A stretch of 64,000 nt of DNA from a virus (Duplodnaviria > Heunggongvirae > Uroviricota > Caudoviricetes). Location of the stretch: IMG/VR virus record IMGVR_UViG_3300023707_000001; one strand, written 5' to 3'. The position numbers and the translations under genes were made by a program. Positions 19,423 through 28,906 of the stretch are shown piece after piece (position 1 is the stretch's first letter; the number at the start of each line of letters is the position of its first letter). Under the pieces are notes generated by a model. That model searched no databases. It saw only the letters and a list, made by a program, of their open reading frames with translations, and was not told the DNA's origin.

Positions 19423-19821
19423 ATGAGAACTGAATTTTGGAATGAGCTCGAAGAAATCGCGCTCGAAGCCAAGGAAGCTCTCTGGTGTCAGGCTGAAGTG
19501 GAAGACGTCGATATTACCATCAGCGTCTTCCGCCAAGCCACAATTTTCGAAGACTACCATATTGTCATCGACGAGTCGGGAAAACTTATAACTATCGATG
19601 AAAATTTCAAATACAGTGGTGCAGATATTCGCGTAGCGGTAATTTCCGACCGTGGCGAAATTAACGAAGACCAGGTGCAGACATTGGCCGGAGCATTGGC
19701 CGTATTGGTTGACGTGCTCGATATTGAATTCGACGATGAACACATTTTTCTTCCGGATTGCCTACCTGCAGATGATGTTATGACAAGTGCAGAGTGGTAT
19801 CTGGAAAATGGTTTTGAATAA
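19423..19821 (+). CDS. Degenerate Amidase_2-like protein
   Basis: DYHIVIDESG...EDQVQTLAGALAVL...EHI resembles amidase_2 endolysins but lacks the Zn-binding His positions. Confidence 0.4.
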   Translation: MRTEFWNELEEIALEAKEALWCQAEVEDVDITISVFRQATIFEDYHIVIDESGKLITIDENFKYSGADIRVAVISDRGEINEDQVQTLAGALAVLVDVLDIEFDDEHIFLPDCLPADDVMTSAEWYLENGFE

Positions 19822-19837
19822 AGCGGAGGATACCCAA

Positions 19838-20035
19838 ATGGCATTACAAACAATTGAAGTAGCCAGTGATCGCCCTGTCAGCTCCGTAGAGATGTCGAAA
19901 ATCCAGGACATCCTGGTAGAATCCAAATGTGAATACGAATCTCTGAAAAACTCCATTGATGGAGTCACCGGGTTTTATGACGGTGTAATTACAATCGGCA
20001 CCGGCATTGGCTACAAAGCCTATATCGAGATTTGA
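19838..20035 (+). CDS. Hypothetical protein
   Basis: GGAGG RBS, 65 aa. Confidence 0.55.
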   Translation: MALQTIEVASDRPVSSVEMSKIQDILVESKCEYESLKNSIDGVTGFYDGVITIGTGIGYKAYIEI

Positions 20036-20043
20036 GAGCAAAA

Positions 20044-20082
20044 CAAAAAGAGCGGCAACCCGATTAAGGTGCCACTCTTTTT
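20044..20082. terminator. Bidirectional terminator
   Basis: aaaaagagcggca...tgccactcttttt. Confidence 0.75.
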
Positions 20083-20213
20083 GTGTAGAGCTAAGTAGTT
20101 TAAGGAGGAAATAAACGCTTGTCTTAAAGACACTCGCACCCCTATATTACCCGTTTTTTGCTCTATGCTCCCAGTACACGATTGAATAAATTTTAGTTTT
20201 TGAGGTTTTAACG

Positions 20214-20714
20214 ATGGCTTTAAAAAGCATTTACAAGGAATTACTGGAGGCGGTAAGGCCTCCGCAGGATAGCGTGGAAGGTATGGAAATGTTCAGCTCC
20301 TTTATGGATGACATGGACGACGACATTATGTCCCGCTACGCTAAATCAGAAAGCAACCTTGCCTACCTGCCGATAAACAGACATTTTATCGAGCAGAATG
20401 GTTTAAGATTTGATATAAGCAGTATTAATTCCTGCGTCATAAAAGACAAGCTGCCCAAGAAAGTGCTGGACGAATATATCGACGGCAAGTATTTTAACGA
20501 TTATCCTATCGCTGTTTCATTCCTTATGCGGCGGGATGAGTACATCAATATGCAGCGGGAAACCATTTCCGATGGACTGTATAACATTTTGCGGTTCAGC
20601 CGCGGCATGTGTAACGTGTTCTCTCAGGGGCATATCGTATCAGTATATGGAGACTCGGATACGGTTACTGTAATCGCAGGCTTTAGTAAGGAAGGAGAAG
20701 AGTTTGATGACTGA
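20214..20714 (+). CDS. Hypothetical protein
   Basis: 166-aa ORF with GAGG RBS. Confidence 0.6.
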   Translation: MALKSIYKELLEAVRPPQDSVEGMEMFSSFMDDMDDDIMSRYAKSESNLAYLPINRHFIEQNGLRFDISSINSCVIKDKLPKKVLDEYIDGKYFNDYPIAVSFLMRRDEYINMQRETISDGLYNILRFSRGMCNVFSQGHIVSVYGDSDTVTVIAGFSKEGEEFDD

Positions 20715-20988
20715 CTTCATAAAACTTGCCCAGGAATTATCAACAGAAAATGACGGCGTCCTAAATGTCTTTGTCGTTCGTGATTTTGAATATAAACTTT
20801 TCGTAAACAACGAGAACTTTTCCGAAAAAGACCTGCTGCATATTGCGGCGGACGCAGTGTATGTAGATGGCGCAATGCCGCACTGGAAAATACCCATGCC
20901 AAAAAACGGCGAAAAAAAACTCATTTTGGAATCAAATTTATTTCTCCTCTGCTCGAAGGTGTTGGGGAAAACGAAAAATAAGGCGTAA
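20707..20988 (+). CDS. Hypothetical protein
   Basis: Overlaps the upstream stop; AGGAG RBS. Confidence 0.55.
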   Translation: MTDFIKLAQELSTENDGVLNVFVVRDFEYKLFVNNENFSEKDLLHIAADAVYVDGAMPHWKIPMPKNGEKKLILESNLFLLCSKVLGKTKNKA

Positions 20989-21044
20989 TACCCGACTGTA
21001 GAGTAAAAAGTAGTAAGGCTGAAAGCCTTTGGAGGAAAAGACTT

Positions 21045-22238
21045 TTGGAAATCAAAAATGAGTATAACCAGTCTCTTGGTGAGACTTACGATGATTGGAA
21101 ATATCGAATAATCCTTGGCAAGAAAGATGGCCATGTGGATATGAGTTGGGATGAAATCATTAAGATGCTCGGCCTGACCTATTCCCGTGACTACCTGCGC
21201 AAGCTGTCCACAGGTATCGGCGAATATCGTGACTATCTGCGGACGCGTAATGAGGAAACACTTGAAAACGCTCCACAGTCTGCCATTGACGCTATTGACG
21301 ATAAAGAGTTCCAGCTCCGCCGTCAGAAGATGCGGATGCAGGACCAAAAGCGCGAGTTAAACAAAAAGCTGCGCGAATGGGCGCGGGCAGAACATATCCA
21401 GGAAGAATTCGTCAAGGCTATTAAAGAACTGCCGAAGCTTCCCCCGGTAAATCCGATTCACAAAGTCGATGGTGATAAAGAGGGCATTTTGATGCTTTCT
21501 GACTGGCATGCCGGCATGGTATCCAGCAACGCCTGTAACGTATTCAATACCCGTATTCTACAGGAACGCGTGAAGCGTTTGACGGAAAAGACGATTGAAG
21601 CTTGCCTTTGCCACGACATTGGCAAAGTTCATATATTCTGTCTGGGGGATATGGTAAACGGACTTATCCATGTAACCACACGCATTAACAACGAAGAAGA
21701 TGTCGTAAAACAGTCCATGCTGGTAGCCGAACTCATCTGCCAGATTATCCACGATGTATCGGAAGTGGCAGACGTTGAGCTTTATTGGAGCCGGGGAAAT
21801 CATGACCGGGTTACGGCAAATAAAAAAGAGTCTATTTGTGCAGAGAGCTTTGCCGATATGATTCTTTGGTATATCAAAGCACGTATGGAGGGCGCAAAAG
21901 GAATTGCGTTCCACGAAAATGAGGTAGACGATGAGATTATCGTGGCAGACATTATGGGCAACACTGTATTCGCTGCCCATGGCCATAAAGATAAACCGAC
22001 AAAGGCCGTGGAGTCCCTTTCGCTTCTTCTGAAGAAGTTTCCAGATATGGTGCTTCTTGGCCACTTCCATAGCGCTGCGGAGCGTGAGGTCCAGGGCGCC
22101 GAAGTGATTGTGAACGGTTCTTTATGCGGTACAGACTCCTACGCATTTAATTTGCGCAGAACGAGCCATCCCGTACAGAAGTTTTTGGTTATAAACGAAC
22201 AAGGGCGAGAATGTACATACAACATTCGTCTGGATTAA
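21045..22238 (+). CDS. Calcineurin-like metallophosphoesterase (phage exonuclease-like)
   Basis: SDWH, LGDMVNG, GNHDR, HGH, GHFH motifs. Confidence 0.85.
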   Translation: MEIKNEYNQSLGETYDDWKYRIILGKKDGHVDMSWDEIIKMLGLTYSRDYLRKLSTGIGEYRDYLRTRNEETLENAPQSAIDAIDDKEFQLRRQKMRMQDQKRELNKKLREWARAEHIQEEFVKAIKELPKLPPVNPIHKVDGDKEGILMLSDWHAGMVSSNACNVFNTRILQERVKRLTEKTIEACLCHDIGKVHIFCLGDMVNGLIHVTTRINNEEDVVKQSMLVAELICQIIHDVSEVADVELYWSRGNHDRVTANKKESICAESFADMILWYIKARMEGAKGIAFHENEVDDEIIVADIMGNTVFAAHGHKDKPTKAVESLSLLLKKFPDMVLLGHFHSAAEREVQGAEVIVNGSLCGTDSYAFNLRRTSHPVQKFLVINEQGRECTYNIRLD

Positions 22239-22392
22239 TATGTATGGAAAGGTGTTTTTCGCGGTAATATTGCCCATAGAAAAATAATAAACTATCCAGT
22301 AGATATATTATTATTTTGCTAACCCTAGTATAAGGAGAAGAGACGCCTTATCAAAGCACTCCAAAATAACACAAAGGTAAGGATGTGTGAAT

Positions 22393-22797
22393 ATGGAGCT
22401 TGAAGTTGTTGGTCAGGTGGTTGGCGTACTGGGATTCTTGGGCACCGTATTTGGCTTTCTTTTTAAGACATACGGGAAGATCCGCGACTATCTGAACACA
22501 CAAAAAACTTTTCATGAGCGAATGGAGGAAGAGTCCGCTGACATGAAACGTGTTATGACTGGTCTCCGAGAAGAAGTTATCAAGATACGGGAATCAGATG
22601 CCGTACAATCCGAAGGGCTGCAGTGCGTACTCCGTGAGCAGCTGCTGAAAAATATGGAGCCATGCCTGAAACATGGCGTAGCAGATGACCATACCCGTGA
22701 AAATGTTGAGCATATGTATGTTGCTTACAAAGCCCTCGGCGGCAACGGTATGATTGAAGCTATGTATAAACAGTTCGGAAAACTTCCACCGCTCTGA
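22393..22797 (+). CDS. Holin-like phage membrane protein
   Basis: N-terminal TM, coiled coil, and the YKALGGNG motif common in Firmicute phage late genes. Confidence 0.55.
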   Translation: MELEVVGQVVGVLGFLGTVFGFLFKTYGKIRDYLNTQKTFHERMEEESADMKRVMTGLREEVIKIRESDAVQSEGLQCVLREQLLKNMEPCLKHGVADDHTRENVEHMYVAYKALGGNGMIEAMYKQFGKLPPL

Positions 22798-22991
22798 AAA
22801 GGTTAGCGCCCCTATTTGGGGCGCTGGAATTATCCATATGTTTTATAAGACGCAAAAGCCCTTTTCGGGGCTTTCTTTTTTTGTCCGTAACCTTGTAAAT
22901 TTGGAGACTTGCCCCGTAATTAACGGTTGTAATGAGAATCATAAAATGCGCATAAGCTTAATCAATAAACAAAAGGGACGAGGGTATAAAC

Positions 22992-23324
22992 ATGTCAATG
23001 GCTAGTCTATTGCAGTTGAGAGAGGGCAAAGAACTTCTCGAACGACTGGCTAGTTTGGAAGAACAACTGGCAAAAAAACAAAATGGCATTGCGATGGCAA
23101 ACATGGGGGCAGTTGAACGCAACAAAAAATATGACAAAGGTGCAGTTGTGTTTAACGCAGATGAAGATATAGATTTTAGCTGGCTGCTTGAATGTGTAAC
23201 CCCCGGCACTACTGGCAGTATTGCAGTTAAAATTTCAGACGATGCAAAAAATGGCGACACGCTTACAGATGGGGAAGTCGTTTGGAAACTGGATGATTAT
23301 ATAGGGGCTCACAGAAAAGGCTAA
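22992..23324 (+). CDS. Small tail-associated protein
   Basis: LECVTPGTTG...TDGEVVW motif seen in tail-fibre proteins. Confidence 0.5.
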   Translation: MSMASLLQLREGKELLERLASLEEQLAKKQNGIAMANMGAVERNKKYDKGAVVFNADEDIDFSWLLECVTPGTTGSIAVKISDDAKNGDTLTDGEVVWKLDDYIGAHRKG

Positions 23325-23416
23325 AGCATTGCAGATAAAGGTGGCTTGTTGGGCATCATGCTTGTAAGGTCACCACAACAGAAATATTCAGAAAAAACAG
23401 AAGGGGACAACGATTT

Positions 23417-23626
23417 ATGACGCTCGCAAAGATGATAAAGAACGTTTATGAAAAACTCAATGCAAAATTTGACAAGCACGGCGGTAAGGTTGATGGAAAC
23501 GTAACAATCACAGGCACGCTGAATGTCGAAAATATTAACTGTCCGAATTTTAGTGCCGGCGGGAAGGGCCTCAAAGTAAAAAGCTATGACCCGGAAACCA
23601 TGACGCTTGAGCTGGAGGATGCATAA
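23417..23626 (+). CDS. Small tail-fibre-like protein
   Basis: KFDKHGGKVDGNVTITG motif; C-terminus resembles that of ORF 53428 (YDPETMTLEL vs WDPETGVFEL). Confidence 0.5.
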   Translation: MTLAKMIKNVYEKLNAKFDKHGGKVDGNVTITGTLNVENINCPNFSAGGKGLKVKSYDPETMTLELEDA

Positions 23627-23627
23627 A

Positions 23628-24386
23628 ATGAAAGCCAGTGTAATCGTGCCGGTATATAATGTTGGAGGTTATTTGAGAAAATGTCTGGATAGTATACTGG
23701 CCCAGTCTTATAAAGATATGGAAATCGTTATTGTTGACGACTGCTCTACAGACAGCAGCGGCAAGATTTGCGACGAGTACGCAGCAAAAGACGAGAGAAT
23801 TACCCTGGTTCACCATCCCGAAAACCGCGGATTATCAGCCGCCCGCAATACAGGTTTGAACCTCGCAACCGGCGAGGTTTTCTTTTTTATCGACAGCGAC
23901 GACTGGATTGAAAAAGATATGGTGAAAACGGGTGTAGAAGAGCTTGAGCAAAATACCGATGTGGATATCGTATGCTTTAGCTATAACAGAATATATAAAA
24001 GCGGGAAAGCTTTTCCGTACTGCACATTCTTTAATAGCCGAAAGGTTGAACCAGAAAAAGCAATCGAAATGACAATCGATCAAATAATCAGTATTGATGT
24101 CTGGAACAAATGTTTCCGCAAGAGCCTGTTCGACAATTTGCGCTTCCCGGAGGGGCTTATCGGAGAATGCTGCGAAATTACATTCCAGCTCTTCGACAAA
24201 GCAAGGCTTGTTTTATTATCCACCTATATTGCTTACAACTTTGTGTTTGAGCGGGCGGACAGTATCCGTAACTCACAAAGTGATAAACTTGCACAGCATA
24301 CAAGCATATTGATGAAACGAGTAAGCAGTATGATTAAAGCAAAATATCCGAGAGTTTACAGACATATCGAGAAAGAGGGGCTATAA
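23628..24386 (+). CDS. Glycosyltransferase family 2
   Basis: SVIVPVYNV..YL.KCLDS...VDDCSTD...GLSAARNTGL...FIDSDD. Confidence 0.92.
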   Translation: MKASVIVPVYNVGGYLRKCLDSILAQSYKDMEIVIVDDCSTDSSGKICDEYAAKDERITLVHHPENRGLSAARNTGLNLATGEVFFFIDSDDWIEKDMVKTGVEELEQNTDVDIVCFSYNRIYKSGKAFPYCTFFNSRKVEPEKAIEMTIDQIISIDVWNKCFRKSLFDNLRFPEGLIGECCEITFQLFDKARLVLLSTYIAYNFVFERADSIRNSQSDKLAQHTSILMKRVSSMIKAKYPRVYRHIEKEGL

Positions 24387-26101
24387 TGGCAAAAGGTGTT
24401 GGTACGGGAGATAGGTTTTTGCAAAGCGAAAGAAGCGGGTGGTATGCAATATGTACAGATATTTACGAGATAAAAAGTGCCCCAACGCTAGATGAGTTTA
24501 AAAGATTAAAAGAAATATGCTCAAAAGACCCGACCGCAACAAGAGTGAAGCTTCACGAAGCCGGGACGACAGTGGGGTGCTGTTATGGTACACAGCACTT
24601 AAGGAAGCTGGAGGATGGCGCAGATTATAGTGTCGGAGACATTGTGATTGTAGACAAAATCTACATAGCACAGTGCATAAAAGCTGGCAATATCGGCGTG
24701 GTTGACATGGATACATTTCGAGCTGGCAACAAAGAAAATAAAGTTGTCACTGCAACGCAAGGCGAAACGCAATGGAAGACCTATTTTACAAACGGGCGCT
24801 ATTCAATAGAGGAAACCATCCCTAAAACATGCAATATAAATTGGCTGTATTTAATCGAAACAAACAGCCAAGAAAAAATGTATGAAATCTATTATATTTC
24901 CCCTGCCCACTTGCCGGAATATAATACATGGGGCGGAATATTAAAGTGGGCAACAGATGGGCAAGCTGGAGAGTTTGATAGTGAGGTAAACCGGACAGGA
25001 GAAAAAACTGGAAGACATTACTCGGTTGCAGAAAATATGCTCGCTGAATATATAGAGACAATTGGGCTTACATACGAAGAATACTGTGACGATAAAGAAT
25101 GGACAAGTGAGGATGAAACCAGAAAGGAAGAACTCCAAGCCGAATTCAACGAGCTTGAAGAATGGGACCCCGCGTCAACGCCAATAATTTATGACGAGCT
25201 TGTACGGGGTATATATAAGTATGACGGAATCACATATCGTTATAATGGACGCGAGGGGATAAATCTATACTGCAATAATAAGGCGGTTATGTCGGTAAAA
25301 TATAACGGTGTAGTACTGAAAGACGTTGCGTTGCCAAAAACAGACATAACTTTTATACCAATAACTGACGACGAAATAAAAAACGGGGGCGATGAATACT
25401 GGGCTCCCTATCCAAACCTAAAAATGCGAACATACCCATTTAGCGCATTAGACTTTAAAAATGTAACATATATGGGGCACTTGTTCAGCGTGTACCCCTA
25501 CAAACAATACAGCTCAATAGACGTAACAGGATTGCGGACAAATAATGTTACAAGCATGTGTGGAATGTTTGAGTATTGTAGCGAGTTGAAAACGCTTGAT
25601 GCGTCAAATTTTCAAACGGAAAATGTTACCAACATGAATGAGATGTTTAGTGAATGTGGAGAATTAACATCTGTTAAAATACCATTGCAAATGGCAACAT
25701 TAGAGATGGATGATATGTTCTCATACTGCTCAAAGCTCGAAAAACTCACCCTTATGTGTCGCGACAAAGTAACCATCACAACAATGTTTTGTGCGTTTAA
25801 CTTCTGCCAGAGCTTAACGGAATTGGATTTTTCAAATCTTGACACAAGTAACTGTACAAATATGAAAAGGGCGTTCGAGCTCTGCAAAAGCCTTGTTTCA
25901 ATAAAAGGCGTATTCGACTTGAAGTCGGCGGCAGGAGTGGATAATTGGGGACGAAAAGGATACGCGGATATGTTTAGATACTGTACCAAACTCACCGGCG
26001 TACAAATCAAGAATCCGCCAGAAGGCTTTACTACACATGATGCAAAGACCGGTCTTAATCCTGCCGGCCTCCGTAAAGACCAATATGTCATTGTTCAATA
26101 A
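24386..26101 (+). CDS. BspA/DUF285-type repeat protein (putative adhesin)
   Basis: C-terminal T.NVT.M..MF..C..L..LD repeats and a KNPPEGF cap. Confidence 0.75.
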   Translation: MAKGVGTGDRFLQSERSGWYAICTDIYEIKSAPTLDEFKRLKEICSKDPTATRVKLHEAGTTVGCCYGTQHLRKLEDGADYSVGDIVIVDKIYIAQCIKAGNIGVVDMDTFRAGNKENKVVTATQGETQWKTYFTNGRYSIEETIPKTCNINWLYLIETNSQEKMYEIYYISPAHLPEYNTWGGILKWATDGQAGEFDSEVNRTGEKTGRHYSVAENMLAEYIETIGLTYEEYCDDKEWTSEDETRKEELQAEFNELEEWDPASTPIIYDELVRGIYKYDGITYRYNGREGINLYCNNKAVMSVKYNGVVLKDVALPKTDITFIPITDDEIKNGGDEYWAPYPNLKMRTYPFSALDFKNVTYMGHLFSVYPYKQYSSIDVTGLRTNNVTSMCGMFEYCSELKTLDASNFQTENVTNMNEMFSECGELTSVKIPLQMATLEMDDMFSYCSKLEKLTLMCRDKVTITTMFCAFNFCQSLTELDFSNLDTSNCTNMKRAFELCKSLVSIKGVFDLKSAAGVDNWGRKGYADMFRYCTKLTGVQIKNPPEGFTTHDAKTGLNPAGLRKDQYVIVQ

Positions 26102-26262
26102 CACCTCTATAAAGAACCCTCTATTTTGGGAGGCCACTGAAAAACTTTCATTTATGAAAATCTGAAAGTTATCCACAAAAAAGAACCGTACTACTTGATA
26201 GGCATTATCAGGTGGTACGGTTCTTTTGATATATCCGCTTACAGACGGCATATTTATTGCTG

Positions 26263-27747
26263 TCATTCCTCCATAAGCTTGATTATCCTCTTTATATTTG
26301 TTACAAAGAGCGTAGTTGCTCCTTGTAATTCCATGCCTTTCAGGCCTGATGACGATGCTATATCGTAACCATGCCTGTGCTTAATTTCGCTATTCTTAGC
26401 TTCTATCATATATCTCAGAGATGCCAGTTCTTTGAAATGCGCTGTTTCTTGGAAATCTTTCTGTCGTTTATGCTGATCGCATATGATTCTGACAGAATAA
26501 GTTTTAGATTTGGCACCTGGCTTGTAGCAGGCGCCGCACTGCGGGCAATTTTTACATTTTTCAATATCGAAATAGTAGGTAGTTATTTGATTCTTATTTA
26601 CGTTCTTACGGCCAGTACGGGCTTTCCGGATAGCCATATGGCCTTCGGGGCACACAAACATATCGGCGTCCTTGTTATAGTGGAAGCCGCCGTCTCCTTC
26701 TGCGTGAGTGCTATCAGATATAACAGGGTTCAGCTTAGATATAAGTTCAAAAGATTTCTCTGGCGACCCCGCTGACTCTGCCAGCTCAAGATTTTTCTTT
26801 CCTGAATATGCGGTATCACCTATAACCGTATCGACATCCACTCCTGCAGCTTTCGTTTTATTTACCAACATTTCGAGTTGTTCGCCATCGCTGCGCTCCC
26901 CACTGGTGATTACGGCAGCAGTAATAATTCTCTCATCTGTCATAGCAATGTGCGTTTTGTAGCCAAAGAAGGACGTATCAGCAGTTTTGTGACCAGTTCT
27001 AGCGTCAGTATCTTTTGACTGCTGTAGATGCTCAGCATTGTCATTTACAACTTCACTGAGCATGTTCAATTTTTCTTTGACTGCAGGAATAGATGATACA
27101 ATAGAATCTTCTTCAATAACATGTGTTAAATCACGACAATATTGAAGAGCATCTTCAATATTGTCGTTCTCTACCTTCTTGGGGAACTTCTTTTTCCAGT
27201 CCGGGGAAGCGGTCTTATATACTGTCTTACGCAAAAGCTTGGCCTGTTCCAGCAGTTGGGCATAAGCAGACTTCTGGTTATATCTTGCCTTGGTGTGGGT
27301 GGCATCTACGATTATGCGATTGCTCTTGAGTACGCCCTTATCTATAGCTATTTGCACACTTTTAGCGATGAGCATATCCAGAAGGTTCTCATCTGCCAGT
27401 CTCAGTTTGCGGAATTTGGTCAGAGTGGTAGAGTGTATAACATCATCCTCCGGGCGCAGGCCAAGAAAATATTTGAATGACATATCATAACGGCTGCGCT
27501 CTACCAAATCGGCATCAGACATATTGTACAATACTTTAAGGAGAAGATACTTGAACAATAGGATAGGCGATACTGCCATGCGCCCATTATCCAAGCAATA
27601 CTTCTCCCTTAGCTCGTCATATATAAAAGAGAAGTCAACGAGTTTGTTGAATTTTCTGAGAAAATGGTCTTTAGGTATGAGATTGTGGTATAACCCTTCA
27701 TAGGAACTAAACTCAAGTTGCTGAGCGTTGACAAGCATAAATGCCAC
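26263..27747 (-). CDS. IS1182-family DDE transposase
   Basis: IPKDHFLRK, Y....GR....P, IIVDATH, D.DAR.G.K....FFGYK.H, GDTAY, CPEGH, IEAKNSEIK..HG. Confidence 0.92.
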   Translation of the reverse strand: MAFMLVNAQQLEFSSYEGLYHNLIPKDHFLRKFNKLVDFSFIYDELREKYCLDNGRMAVSPILLFKYLLLKVLYNMSDADLVERSRYDMSFKYFLGLRPEDDVIHSTTLTKFRKLRLADENLLDMLIAKSVQIAIDKGVLKSNRIIVDATHTKARYNQKSAYAQLLEQAKLLRKTVYKTASPDWKKKFPKKVENDNIEDALQYCRDLTHVIEEDSIVSSIPAVKEKLNMLSEVVNDNAEHLQQSKDTDARTGHKTADTSFFGYKTHIAMTDERIITAAVITSGERSDGEQLEMLVNKTKAAGVDVDTVIGDTAYSGKKNLELAESAGSPEKSFELISKLNPVISDSTHAEGDGGFHYNKDADMFVCPEGHMAIRKARTGRKNVNKNQITTYYFDIEKCKNCPQCGACYKPGAKSKTYSVRIICDQHKRQKDFQETAHFKELASLRYMIEAKNSEIKHRHGYDIASSSGLKGMELQGATTLFVTNIKRIIKLMEE

Positions 27748-27864
27748 CTCTAAAAAGACATATATTCTTATAATAGATAATTATGCTTTAATCATTATAA
27801 GCAAATCAAATGGTAATATATAATTATATCCTTGATTTTATTTGTTAATTCTGCTACTATAACT

Positions 27865-28009
27865 ATAAGAGCAGAAGGCAACCTACACAATGATGGTCGC
27901 CTGGTGCTTTCTGAGAGAGATTAGGTAAGAACCCAACATCATCAGATTGCCGTCTGATGGAACGAGACTCAACATGGAGGAGCCGCCCTTGCCGGGGCGG
28001 CTTTTTCTT
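27865..28009 (+). ncRNA. Candidate small RNA (antitoxin-like) inside the IS
   Basis: Promoter TTGATT-N17-TACTAT (27832-27860), no convincing ORF, terminator AGCCGCCC...GGGCGGCTTTTT (27981-28006). Confidence 0.55.
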
Positions 28010-28066
28010 CATGTGCTTGCTGAGAGCCAAGGCTAGATACTCACCAAAAAGAAAGAACAATAATTC

Positions 28067-28195
28067 TTAGTATCCCCGGAGGCACCGGAGAATACGAGGT
28101 TTTGCCCAGTGGTATAAATCTTTTCCCATCTCAGAGAAAAAACTCTTCCCAATAGCAGCTCCCATAAAGGAGCCAATAGCTGTAAAAACGCTCAT
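28067..28195 (-). CDS. Candidate 42-aa toxin-like peptide MSVFTAIGSFMGAAIGKSFFSEMGKDLYHWAKPRILRCLRGY
   Basis: Lies in a transcript from promoter TTGACT-N17-TATTCT (~28337-28365, minus strand); hydrophobic N-terminus and basic C-terminus; no adjacent SD. Confidence 0.35.
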   Translation of the reverse strand: MSVFTAIGSFMGAAIGKSFFSEMGKDLYHWAKPRILRCLRGY

Positions 28196-28620
28196 CGATT
28201 TGGTTATGTAGATTTAGGAGCGATAGAAACATCACTCCCTCAAGCTTCGGAGTAAAGCACCAGGAAGCTCGACTAGACTTACTTCGACCATCATTATGCG
28301 ACCGTAGCAAAATACGGTAGATTGCCTTCCTCATATAGAATACCAATAAAACGCCCGAAAGTCAAAAACTTATTGTCCATTATAAAAGTCCACCTAAGTA
28401 GATGAAACTATAGGTGGACTTTTTCAGTGGCCTTCTATTTTGGTTGGGTTCTTTTTGTTTGCACCATATTCAAAATTGTTTTGCCATTTTTCACTATATA
28501 ACAGTCGGTTGAATAAGGCGAAATGTGAAGGTGGAGAAAAATAAAAGTAATATTCCAAACACAGGTAGATAAACGGCGGTTATTAATATACCGCCTATAA
28601 AGATACGAAGAAAGGGTAGT

Positions 28621-28890
28621 TTGAATATGCCAAACAAGAGCTTACTGTCCATGTTTATATCTCTTGCTAAGAAAGTAAGAAATCTTGAAAAAAATGGAAT
28701 TTCATCTGGTACTGGCGGCGGATGTTTATGGGAGCGAGATGAAAACGGCGCCCTGATGCCATCAGATGGAACAAGCAGCGGTGGCGGCGTACCATCAACC
28801 GGAAAAGGAGAAAGCTATTGGATAGAAGATGAAAACGGTGCGCTCGTTCCGGTTCGCTCGGTTCCAGACAAGACAGATTCATCAAAATAG
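28621..28890 (+). CDS. Small tail-associated protein with two W..DENGAL.P repeats
   Basis: WERDENGALMP / WIEDENGALVP. Confidence 0.55.
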   Translation: MNMPNKSLLSMFISLAKKVRNLEKNGISSGTGGGCLWERDENGALMPSDGTSSGGGVPSTGKGESYWIEDENGALVPVRSVPDKTDSSK

Positions 28891-28906
28891 GTAAGGAAAC
28901 GATTTT

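Larger units (their letters stand above)
26130..28433 (-). mobile_element. IS1182-family insertion sequence with ~0.6 kb cargo
   Basis: 14-bp terminal IR AGGCCACTGAAAAA (26131-26144 / 28420-28433); flanking direct repeat TCTATTTTGG (26120-26129 / 28434-28443). Confidence 0.88.
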
